A DNA stretch of 64,000 bases from Leptogorgia sarmentosa (taxonomy: Eukaryota). Both the position numbers and the translations under genes were made by a program. Under the pieces are notes generated by a model. The model saw nothing but the letters and a program-made list of their open reading frames with translations. It made no database searches and was not told the DNA's origin. Shown here piece by piece: positions 37,614 through 48,850 of this stretch. Position 1 is the first letter of the stretch. Each line of letters begins with the position of its first letter. The DNA lies in the NCBI GenBank assembly GCA_964658305.1, contig OZ210884.1, positions 4,960,001-5,024,000 of the forward strand. Reading direction: 5' to 3'.

Positions 37614-38070
37614 ATTTCATCAAAAACAGCCAGGAAAACAGGAGGACGCCTGGTCGCGTCTTAAGACACATCGATTATTACATTGTTATGACGTCATAAA
37701 TTGCTTCCCCGAACTGGCGGCAATTTTGTTTAGCATGCGCTGCGCTGCGCGCGCAGTTACAGAAGAGTCTTGGGACGAATAAAGTCGATTATTGAGAGCT
37801 TTTTTATTTTAACTACCTCGGATCTCGAAGCAAATTTTCAATAATTTTACTAGTTTTGGACTGCCTATGGAATAAGTTGACACACCACTGTCGGGATATT
37901 TTTTAATGAGATTCGGTTTATAAATGTGTTAAATTTTGGACTAGGCTAAAGCGCTTGCTTTTTAAATTAGGTAGGCTATACGCAAACACATTTTCCAATT
38001 TGTAACTTGGAAATACAGCTCCGAATATTTCGTTATATTAGCCTTTAATAGAACGCTCTAAACACACAAC

Positions 38071-38294
38071 CACAGTATACCTATACAGTAGTCCAACTCA
38101 TTGTTTTTTTGTAAGCTGTATTCGTCATGATTCGTCACTCAGCAAGTGCCCTAAACGGAAGCAGTCACCCCCCTGAGTATTATTCATTTTGACTATTGCC
38201 AGGGGGGTGACTGCCTCTGTTTAGGGCACTTGCTGAGTGACGAATACAGCTTACAAAAAAACAATGAGTTGGACTACTGTATAGGTATACTGTG
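38071..38294. mobile_element. Foldback element with 7-bp target-site duplication ACACAAC
   Basis: ~100-bp near-perfect arms (CACAGTATACCTATACAG...CTGTATAGGTATACTGTG) with a ~24-nt loop; ACACAAC at 38064-38070 and 38295-38301. Confidence 0.85.
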
Positions 38295-38303
38295 ACACAA
38301 CAT

Positions 38304-38526
38304 AATGAGGCTTTTGGCAGCCATATTGGATGGCCCTATATAATACTTACAGTATTCATTGGCAAATTTAGGAAGAAATAAGACCAACCACTGATAAGAA
38401 ATTATCTGGAAAATGTTTTTCCATTAGCACCAGCAACTAGAAACGTATGGAAACTTTTTAGACATTTCCCCGACACCAAAATAGATTTGAGCGGGGCCAT
38501 CCAATATGGCCGCCAGTGGCTTCATT
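38304..38526. mobile_element. MITE adjacent to the foldback element
   Basis: AATGAGGC..TGGCAGCCATATTGGATGGCCC versus GGGCCATCCAATATGGCCGCCA..GCTTCATT inverted ends. Confidence 0.65.
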
Positions 38527-39131
38527 TATTCATTGCAGATGCACTATCCAGTCTTAGTGTATATCAATGAAACCGAGCTGTATAATTTTCAACATACGAC
38601 AAAATACGTCGTAATGTCTTATGTCGTACGTGTAATACTCCAAATTTGGGCAGCTCATACCGAACGCATATCACAATTCCATCCACAGCTCTTAACCAAT
38701 AGAAACTACGGAAATATTTTCAACAAATAATAGTATATATCACTACAATTATGATACACCAGTTTGCGTTTTATTAACAATTTATTCTGAACTCAAAATA
38801 TTTACAATATATGCGAGCGCGTGTCACTTCTGTCTAGTTACTATATGCAAAGGAGTAACATTGCTATGTACTAAACATGAAACAATGCTTCCAAATATTA
38901 TAGTTGGCTAGGAGAAAGCGTTTGTTAGATACTGTAATTAAATGTATGTTCCAAAATAACGAACACAAACTAGTAACCCAACACAAGTATGATTAAGATA
39001 TTTTTACATTTTTGTTTTAGCAAGTTACTGTAATGCGGTTTTTTTGCTATATTTGTAATTTTTATATGGTCGTGTAGATTTTTGGAGTATTTTATCCATT
39101 CTTTATGAATGCATACATTATTATAGCTGGA

Positions 39132-42100
39132 TTACTTTGCTGTGACATCTTTGCGACACACTGGGCAAGATCGATTATTCTGCAAATGTATTAAAAAGAT
39201 ATGTAAGTGAACAAAATCCTTTGCATTGTTGTAAAAATCAATGCTTGTAAATACGCTTCTTGGTTACATGCAAGTTCTTATTTTTAAGGTTATTCATTTT
39301 TTATCAATAAACCAAAAGTCGGTATCAAAACAGTCCATAAGTAAAAACATAAAACATATCCGTCAAATTTCTGTCTTAAGATAACTATTTCCGTTTAACA
39401 TTTTCGAAAAAGGCAAAACAAAAAACAAATAATTTTTGCTGTATATAGTGTCGTGACCAGCTTTCTGTAGCTCGAAAATCCTGAAATCTATAGTTTGCAT
39501 AAAGTGGTTAGCTGTCGCTGATTGTTTCTGAGTAAAATCCCAGCGACCATAAACGAACGACAACAACAGAAATTCCCGGCGAAAAATTATGTAATTATTT
39601 GCGCATGTCGATCTGCCATGCAGATGATCCAAAGAATTTAACTACAGTTATCAATCATATTTACCTTGAGCCATTTGTCTATACACTTAGCGTGGAAATC
39701 ATGATTGCATGGCAATCGCCTTAATTTTTCTCTGTTTGAGTAATTCATCATACAGACAACACACGATCCATTGGAAGAATCCTTAGAAGCAGCACTATAA
39801 CGAAACGCTGGGATTTCTTCCATTTCTAAGAAATACAGACATCAGCATTAGCGGCCATATCGTCTCTCATGCACGCGAAAATCATGGAACATTTTTAAAA
39901 CTTTGTAATCAAATTTCTGGATATACTTACCAGCCTTAGAGAGTCCTTTGGGCTTGACTTGACCTAATCTTTCTGTCAAACTCCACAGCGCCTGGATTTA
40001 AAAAGAATTAAGTCCACATTGAAATGCTTGACCAATATTTACCTCAAGCGAAACAATTCAAAAACGTTGTGTTCAAATTTAAGGAATACACGCGCTTTTC
40101 TGTTTTGACATTAAGTTGTGTCAGAAAGGCCGTTAGCAAATCAGCGCTTATAATTAAACAATGCTGTGTTATTCTTTGAAACTTAAATTAGTGATAGTTG
40201 CACATTACGTGATTGTTTTAAGCTCTGTAGTGTTAGAGAACCTGACAAAAACATGTTGTACGATCATGCAATTTAAGAGTTCTATATCAGTAGAAAATCT
40301 TCTATTTTACGGCTCGCTAAATTATTTGAAGCCATTACACCTGTGAGATGAACTCACTACAATTCGAAAAATTTGGATTACAAAATATACACTGAACTTC
40401 TTAAAAAAATGTCCCATTGCAACAGTTCCTTTATTGCTCCATATTATCCCTTCAAAAACCCTGGCTTGCTAAGCCGCAGAATTAAACTAGTGATTTCAGC
40501 TCATGGAATCATGGATTTCAGATCATCAAAGGAATACGAAACGGCACAAACCTCATAATCTTCACGTTCATCCTCGACGTTACCAAAATGACGCAATCGA
40601 GAATCAGGTCCCCACCATGACCTAAAAAAAGTAAATAAATTATTTTATTATATGGCTTTTCAAAATTATCTATTCTGATTGGTTGACAAGCGGTCCGTAA
40701 AAACCCATATCCGGACCGTGGTCCGTATTTTCGTATCTGGACCGGTGTCCTGAATGTCGTTTATCTGGCGGGAAATTTCGCTTCGCAAACAAAAAATATT
40801 TTTGCTTTTTAATTTTCCAATGTTAACAAAATTTACAGACAAAAATTTCAAACAACCAAATTGTTTTTCATTGAACATGTATGATTTGAAAGTAATGATT
40901 TAATTCCGGTTTAATTCGCGCGAAAAGTATATGCCCAAAACTCAATTCATTTCAGTCACAAAATAAACGGATTATTGACCTCGCTTGTTCGGTCTGTACT
41001 GTGCAATATCAGACCTCAGTTTTTTTGCATTGACCTCGCTCCTTCGTCGCTTGGTCCATACTAAAAAACCTCGGTCTGATATTTCACAGTACAGACCTGA
41101 GACCTCCTTATCCTTATTGTATGGATAACATTTTGTACCACGCATCTATGTATAATAATAACTACACATTAACTGAGGACTTACAGCAAAGCTGGTAACA
41201 TAAGACCAGGAAAATCTGCATAAGGCGTCAATGCTCTTTCCATCGGAGGCGACGTTCGGAGATTCTATAGAAATGGATTCTATATCATTTGGCTTTCATA
41301 GTATTGAAGTGCCTCAACCTAAATGTAACTATCCCTTCACTTCATCCGTGTTGTATCGCAATTTATCAAACAAAACATTGAATTTCAAAACTCCGTTACA
41401 CAGAGGAAGCATCGTTAAACTTTTTTTCAAACTGCGCATGGCCATTGACACATTACGGTACGATATGGCTGGCTGAAGTGGAAGACAGACTTTAAACGAA
41501 TGCGCCAATCCGGTATCTTTTGCTCTGATGTTGCTAAATTTATAGGAGAGACTGGAGAAACTTACCAAACGCACAGGATCTGTTTCAGCATTTGCACTGG
41601 GTCTATTCTGCGGTCTACTATAGACAGCAGAACGTACAAAAGTTTCTTGATTCGCAAGAGATGGCTAAAATAAAATAAAATGAAATAAAATGAAACAAAA
41701 CAAAACAAAACAAAACAAAAAAACAAAAAACAAAATGAAATGAACCAGCGAATTCTGTTGACCAGTTTAGGTAGTGAGTTGAACGTTACTAGTGTATTTT
41801 TATTTTCAAAGCACATGCATTACCTGAGTAGTTCTTCCAAAGTTATCACGAGAAGTACTTGTGAAATGAGTAAAAGGAGATGATATACTATGTTCAATGC
41901 GTTCTCGTAACTGCCTTGGTTGCAGTTCTCTTCGACGGCGATGGTTTCGACGTACGGCGCGAAGCTGTTGACTCGTATCGCGACGACTGCTTCGTCTTTC
42001 GCTGTCGCTGTCATGTGCGTCCTGAAATGGATACAATAATAAAATAGCCTTTTAAAAACACGAGCGTTGATTGGTCGAGAGCTCAAAAAACCCATGTTTC

Positions 42101-44624
42101 TATTTAACAATTAGACAACGAGGTCGAGTTGTCTAATTGTTTTAGTATACACTCTGTGCCCAGAATTATTTTTGTCAAGAAAATTCTTCAGAAACCTGAG
42201 TAAAACGCGAGTTTTCTGCAGTAGCCATATTGTTTTCCTTTGCTTTTTCGCGAACCGTGGTCTATCACAGAATAGACGACGGTTGAGTAGCCAATCAGAA
42301 TGTAGCATTTGTAATAGACGATGGTTGGGTGATACTAAAACTATTTATAAGTTCAGTGCAGTAGTGAATAGATAAGAAAACAGACAAATAGGACTGAGGA
42401 CCAGCAAACATCGACGAAACAGTTCAGCAAAATCTACGGAAATCGTTTTAATGTTAACACTAAAGATCATCAATCCGATACAAAATTATCACAGATACAT
42501 GTAGAAGAGCAACCCAATTTCAATATTTTTTTAAAACAGCCAAATACGGTCGACCATTAGAAAATTATGCATCAAAATATTGCCTGATTGTCAATCGTTG
42601 TGTCAGGTTGTGTGACGTAAACACCTCATGAAACCGTACAATTAAAATACAAGCAACGCGCCAAGTTTTCGAAATCTTTCACCCTAGTGTAAACAGTAAG
42701 TCCACAAGTATTTGTGCGAACAAACCTGAGCATGAAGACTGCCGAGCACGGGAGGTCGACTCCGCTCATTCCTTGCGGAAGGAGATGTTGCTCTTGAGTA
42801 TTCATTTGTAGACATTCTTGGTGGACTAACACGACTACAGCTAGGCCGAGAAAATCCACTTCCTCGATCAAGAAGACTAGACTGTCCAGGAGGTGATTCA
42901 TCCTGTAAAGAGGAATAGTAAGCTGTACCTTGAGTATTATAATGCTTTTATCAGGCTGAAGTGCGTGCTCAGAGGGCCATTTCACTTCGGTCATGACAAT
43001 TGTCAATGCCGGAATTTCATGGGTTTTCACCCGTTTCATCCAGGTCTGTCACGTTTTAGGGGTGCCTTCTACCGGATGCACCAGAAAAAATGTACCTAAC
43101 ACTCTAAAATGTACTACCATTTACATTTATGCACTTATTTACACGACGAATCAGTAACCCTGAAAGGCTCTCTGAATCATGTTTCGGTCCATGTTCAAAG
43201 CGAAATATCGCCGAATTGCATTTTCAAGTTCTCTCAAACTTGCTGCTTGCATATCTGCGTTCTGGCTCCAAATTTGGTGTTTAAGATACCCCCAGAGGGA
43301 AACGTCACACACGGCCAGGTCATATATGGGACTTTTCTCTGGTGCACCCGGTATTTTTTGGCTTTTATTACGATACTGTAATCCTAACCAAAATCCTGAT
43401 CCTGATTGAGAACATAACCCCAATTCTAACCTTAAACCAGGTCCTTGCCCAAAATCAACCCTAACCCTACTATTTGAAAATAATAACAATCCCTAAATCG
43501 TAACTCGTACGAGTTGTAAACAACCTAGACAACTCAGCATAATGACCGCTGAAAAGCCTCAAAATGGACTGAGTTGAACAATGTATGTGCTCCAAGGGCC
43601 TTGCAGATCTCGATCTGTACACTTGAACACTACAAGTCTACAACAAAGTTCTGTGTTTCTATATCGAGTTGACCCCCGCTCAAATACACAACAAGAATAA
43701 CACCCACTACTTACATCATCGACAAGGATAGTTGATTCAAAGTTCTGAGGACGAACATTACTTAAGCCACCATTGTTAGTTCTTCCAGAATCAGTTCTAG
43801 AGCCCAAGCTAGCAAGATTACTTTGATCAACTTCAGGTTGATGTCTGTGCTGGTGTGATGTGGGTCGATGACACAGTGATATAGCACGCCTGATGCGATA
43901 TCTGCTACCAGGATGCTCAGCAGTAGTAAAATAATGACCACGCAAGAGTTCTGCATAGACAGGGGAATTTTCCAGAGTGATATACAAGCTGTAAAAAAAA
44001 CAATACCCAATGACCACTGCCATAGTGGCTGTATTATTAAGTACATAGAACCACTGCTATTAAGTAGATTACAGCAAATGCTGCAATTTCCAACAGGTGA
44101 CAATTGATTTGAGCTTTGCCTTCATTACAACCAACTTCTAGAAATCTGGCATTCATTTGTTAACATTTTAGTAAGCTTGAGCCTTTCAAAGGACACTAAT
44201 TGCCTTTGCTCAAAACATCAAATTTGTTTGTGTCATTAATTATGGGGCAGAACGTTGCTTGCTGATGTTGTGCTGGCCATAAATTGAAGATAATTGTGTA
44301 AGTACTGTGAGGGTTAGGTTTTTATACACAGCGAAATAAAATCAGAGGCCTGCCTGGCTTTGCTTACCTATCAGAATTATTATCAGTTGAAGACGACTCT
44401 TCATCATTATCTGCAGTTAAATCAATAACTGGTACATCAACACGGGCTCTTTTGGGACTATCAGCCATGATAACATCATCAATAGATTCCAGACGTCTTC
44501 TCCTTGTATGACTTCGTTCATTACTGTCTGGAATTTCAATGACTGTTGTATTTCCACTAGTTCCAGTGGGTCGTTCTGGCGTATCCAAAAGGATAGGTGA
44601 TCGTGAGTTGCAAGAGTTCACCAT
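39132..44624 (-). CDS. RING-H2 E3 ubiquitin ligase with RNF38/RNF44-type C-terminus and N-terminal SIM-like cluster, 10 coding exons, ~455 aa
   Basis: Exons 44624-44368, 43988-43715, 42902-42726, 42021-41824, 41607-41566, 41264-41185, 40621-40552, 39991-39931, 39825-39665, 39179-39132, in phase (1368 nt). YEALWSLTERLGQVKPKGLSKAE precedes CVVC..[26 protein letters not shown]. The low-complexity middle exons are less certain. Probable 5'UTR exon ending near 46656. Confidence 0.85.
40972..41098. repeat. Hairpin-type dispersed repeat (similar architecture at ~50530-50623 and ~61194-61498)
   Basis: GGTCTGTACTGTGCAATATCAGACC / GGTCTGATATTTCACAGTACAGACC inverted pair. Confidence 0.6.
41667..41744. 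repeat. AAAAT/AAAAC pentamer microsatellite
   Basis: Directly visible tandem pentamers. Confidence 0.85.
43072..43351 (-). mobile_element. Internally deleted Tc1/mariner element with transposase C-terminal relic
   Basis: TA|CCGGATGCACCAGAAAAAA ... TTTTCTCTGGTGCACCCGG|TA. The minus strand reads DLAVCDVSLWGYLK, matching the SPDL.P.D..LWG.LK motif. Confidence 0.8.
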
Positions 44625-46948
44625 TTTGATAACACCAAAGCTGAAATAAATAAATAATAATGAATTACATTGGCTTGAAGAATAGTACAATAACAAGCAT
44701 GAACATCAATAGCAATGCAAATTAAATAGATAACTCATTGATGATTAATATTATACAAAAACATTCACAAACTTTACCCAAATATCTATAGAATGAAATT
44801 TAATCATTAGAATCATTAGGAAAGGTTTGTTGCAAACTCAAAGTATTTATACTGTAAGCCATTTGAAAATTTTCCTGCTATTGAACAATAAATTGCTAAT
44901 TTCAGTATCCTGTGAAATCAATGTGTTGCTAATTTTTGACTATGTAGCTAAAGAAATCCAGGAGAATCAGTGAAACATTTGTCAAGATGAACCTCATTAC
45001 TCAAATGTTGCTACAGGTTCTATAATTAGTTAAAACATAGAACTTCAGTAGACTGAAGAATATATATTTGTAATATAAACATACAGCAACTGTTTTACTT
45101 GAGAAATGAAAATTTTAACTGTACATTAGCACACAATACTCTTGCTTTGTATCAGAACTGGCACTGTCTGATATATGTATATACTGTACCACTGAGTAGC
45201 CACTACAATGTTTGAATTGACTTTATATTGCCACTTCTCATATTGCCAATTTAATGATATTTTTAAAATGCAATCATCATTAAATGTGCCGGATGGGAGC
45301 TCATGTAACAAAAATATCCAAAAACATCAACCTTGACATTATAATATTTTTGATTGAAATAGAATGAACTTGTAATGGCAGTGACAACAGTCAACTGACA
45401 TTACACTATGTCAACATAATGAATTTCCAGGTGAATTGACTGTAGATCCCAGTTAACACTTTCAACTGAATGAATCATTGGGCAGATCACGAACATTCTC
45501 AGTTGTTTGAAGAGACCAATAAACAACATATTATGGCCATCTAAATAATTAACCATAAATTCTCACTGTAATGGACCTTATCAATTATTCTCGTTTACAC
45601 AATGGCCTCGTTTTCATGTTTGTTTTTTTTCATTTGATATAAAGCTCACATGAAGGTTCTTTTCCGACTTTTCCCAATTAATTTGTTTGTTGAGCTTAAA
45701 CTCAATCATAACCTTACTAAATTTTAACCATATTGTGCACGAAATACGAGTAAATGATTTTATTATTACCAATGCAAATTTCACTTGTCACAGGGATACC
45801 ACCACAGTCTAATGTCAGATAATGGTGTGCTAATCAAGCCAGTCAATTCATCTTATAATGGCCATGAATTTCTTCTAACATAATGTAAAAATGAGGCTGT
45901 CAACTATCAACTCATTTCTCTAACTTACTCTGAGATCCACACTAAGCAGATAAATTTAACATTGACAAGAAACATCCTACATGTGGCTTGGAGATGGGCC
46001 AAATACCACAGCTCAATTTTTACTGCAAATTTGAACAGCTGAATCGTATACCTCTAAGTTAAATATTTTACTAAAGATGAATAACATTTTCTACATTTTA
46101 GAAACAGCTTTTCATAATAAAGTATTGGCAATATACTGCGTCATACAAAACATAAAAAATATTAATCAAACAAAAATTATGCGAGGAGAACATAAGTACT
46201 GTAGTCGCATTAAAATAGCTGAAAGATTGTAAAACAGATCTGAATTGTTTGCCAGTAAACTCAAGATAACATTTCGATCATCAAGCAATTTTCTGACTAT
46301 ACTTCATAAGGAATATAAAGGAAATATTTAAAATATATCAAGAACGTGATGCATGAATTGTTGCTGAGGCTATATTTTCTAGTGTTGCACACAATTTCAT
46401 AACTTTGGTGCCCAAATTAAATTTCACTCAAAGGTTTCGTCAACCATTTGCGACCAAAACCGTACCAAAATACCTTTTAGGTTCTTTCAGATAGCTTGTC
46501 GTTGAATTTTCCTTTCCAATATTGAAACAGGGAACTATATCTTCTAGACAACAAAAGGATGCGACGATATCAAAATTTTGTTGTCCTCTATAAAGAACAC
46601 GATCGGGTGTCTTCCAATGAAGAAAAGCTGGCTAAATCCACGGATTTTAACTTACTCGAACGGCTCTTTCAGCGAATATTTCGCCAGAAGGTTGATGATG
46701 ATGATAAAAGAAAGGCAAAAAATCAATAAGACAAAGCTATCGCGTCTATTTAGCCAACAAAACAATTACTGCTTCCCCGACTGCGACTTTCTCAGCTTTC
46801 AAATTGTTGTGTCACAGTGATTGTAGGGATTTGATGGGATCACAATGAAGAATTTATAATTATTGAGGATTACCGCTGACTGCGTTGTTCGCGGACGCTA
46901 TGTATCACAGTGATTGACTGATTGTAGAATTATATGTCACATTATGCG

Positions 46949-47135
46949 AGGCCTACTCTGGGGTCTAAACTCGCCGCAAGTTTAGGCAGGTAAAAGCGAG
47001 TTAAGGCGAGTTAAGGGAAAATCATGCCATGTAGCTGGTGCGAGTTTGTGCGAGTTAAGGCGAGTTAAGGCGAGTTAAGGCGAGTTAAGGCGAGTTTAGG
47101 CGAGTTTGGGCGAGTTTAGACCCCAGAGTAGGCCT
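46949..47135. mobile_element. MITE with 27-bp TIR and internal GGCGAGTTAA decamer array
   Basis: AGGCCTACTCTGGGGTCTAAACTCGCC / GGCGAGTTTAGACCCCAGAGTAGGCCT; flanks TATGCG on both sides. Confidence 0.85.
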
Positions 47136-47236
47136 TATGCGCAATTTGTCCCTCCATGCAGTATAACGGTCTCTGAGATATGAAAAACTAGATTCATATT
47201 AATCTGACACTGTAGAAGAACAACGAAAAATTCGTT

Positions 47237-47307
47237 GTCTCGAGCGGGATTTCAACTCGCATCTTCGGGTATCTAGAGCGCCGCTCTACCAACTGAGCTA
47301 TCGAATC
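47237..47307 (-). pseudogene. tRNA-Tyr-derived module (SINE-like or pseudo-tRNA) inside a short TIR-bounded element (47209-47400)
   Basis: Minus strand GATTCGATAGCTCAGTTGGTAGAGCGGCGCTCTAGATACCCGAAGATGCGAGTTGAAATCCCGCTCGAGAC: intact A box, degenerate B box, broken anticodon stem. Confidence 0.7.
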
Positions 47308-47448
47308 AACTATGATTGGCAGCGAGTCTTATCCAATTTGATTGCATGAAATATTTTCATGACGACGTAACTGTCTCTGTTGGTATCTTTCTTCCACAGT
47401 CTCTGTTAACAATAACGTCCTCAGTTTTTAAAATAATACAGGCTTAAC

Positions 47449-47772
47449 CAAGGGCCGCGGAACAGGAGGGAGGGGGCACTGGGGCACGGTGCTCTCCCCC
47501 CCCCCCCCCCCCACTTTTTGAAAACGAGAAAATGTGCCCTTTTTTCGATTAGATTTGTGTCCTTTTTGTGTTATATAGGGCCTTTTATGTCATATAGTGT
47601 GCGCTTGATATTATAATGTAATTGATCATTAATGTCAGTATCTTACGGCATTGGGGGCAAGTGCCCCACCCCCCAATTTTGGACAAAGGGTAAATGTGCC
47701 CTTTTTTGAAAGAAAAGTGCCCTTTTTCATCCGTGCCCTTCATCCGTGCCCGAGGTGCTTCCGCGGCCCCTG
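47449..47772. mobile_element. hAT-type MITE with perfect 8-bp target-site duplication
   Basis: GGCTTAAC|CAAGGGCCGCGGAACA ... TGCTTCCGCGGCCCCTG|GGCTTAAC. Confidence 0.88.
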
Positions 47773-48850
47773 GGCTTAACTCCATTTTCGTTGACACCAG
47801 TCACACCACCTATTTTCTTTCAATAATAAAATATTCTCCTATAAATATTCTCTCAACTCATGTTGTGTCCTGTCTGTTTCAAAATTAAGCTTTAATTTAA
47901 TTTACTCAAAAAGAACTTATAGAATTTGCATTTAATTTTAATGTACGTAGCTATACACTATAAGACTTATAGTTTGTCTAGTTTTGAATTTGTCGTGTTA
48001 CCTTGATGATCAAGGTTTCCAAACTTTCGGAAATAAAAATTAGCTTGTCTCGTTTCAAAGTAGGGCCTACATTCAAAATAATAAATGAAAAAATTGAGAA
48101 ATCGCTGACAAATACATAGATTGAAAATCCGTAAAATCATTTGCAAATTTGACACATTTTTCAAATTCATAAAGTGAAAGCGGCGATCCTTTGCTTGCTT
48201 CAAGTAATAACTAATTCATAATTTATTTTATGCCAGAGTGACATCATATTAATATGTTGTTTCTTTTTGTTTGTGGTTTTATGTACCAGCAGTCCAATTT
48301 AACTAATTTGCATTTTTATGTATTAGTTATTTTTGGTTTCAAGTTTCGAAATTATTGTGAAAGTTGAAACGTATATATTTATATATGCTCAATAAAAATC
48401 CTAAACTGGTATTAGAACGTCGCCAGACTACTAGAATTTCTCAACTGTTGGGCTCGACTGAAATTTAAATATTCAGTAAATTTACTAAATTAAACATTTT
48501 CAAACGTTTCTTGAGGACGTCAGTCATCACATACAACTAAAAATACGATTTCTCCCTTCTCGGCCCACCCCATTCAATGTTATTGAATACTTTTTGCGAC
48601 ATTACACACTATACTGTGCACTGAAACAGCTATGCAATAAGAGCTAACTGAATCGACTCAAGTAACTGAATGTAGATGCTCACCTACACCTTTGTGGTAG
48701 AAAAAACCTGCAACTTGTGGCTGGTGGCTTTCTACCAAAATTTAAAACAATTCAGTTTAATTGCCTTGCCAACCAGGAAGATGTGGATTTTTGACATATC
48801 GCGTGAGGTAGCTAAAGAGGTAACAGTGTTAAGATTTCAACGACGTCGAC

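Noticed and set aside
45300..46050. Possible degenerate LINE endonuclease region in the first RNF intron
   Set aside because: Only faint, stop-riddled resemblance; not supportable without a profile search.
47237..47307. Functional amber-suppressor tRNA
   Set aside because: The anticodon stem cannot pair, the T loop lacks TTC, the acceptor stem is mismatched, and it lies inside a repeat.
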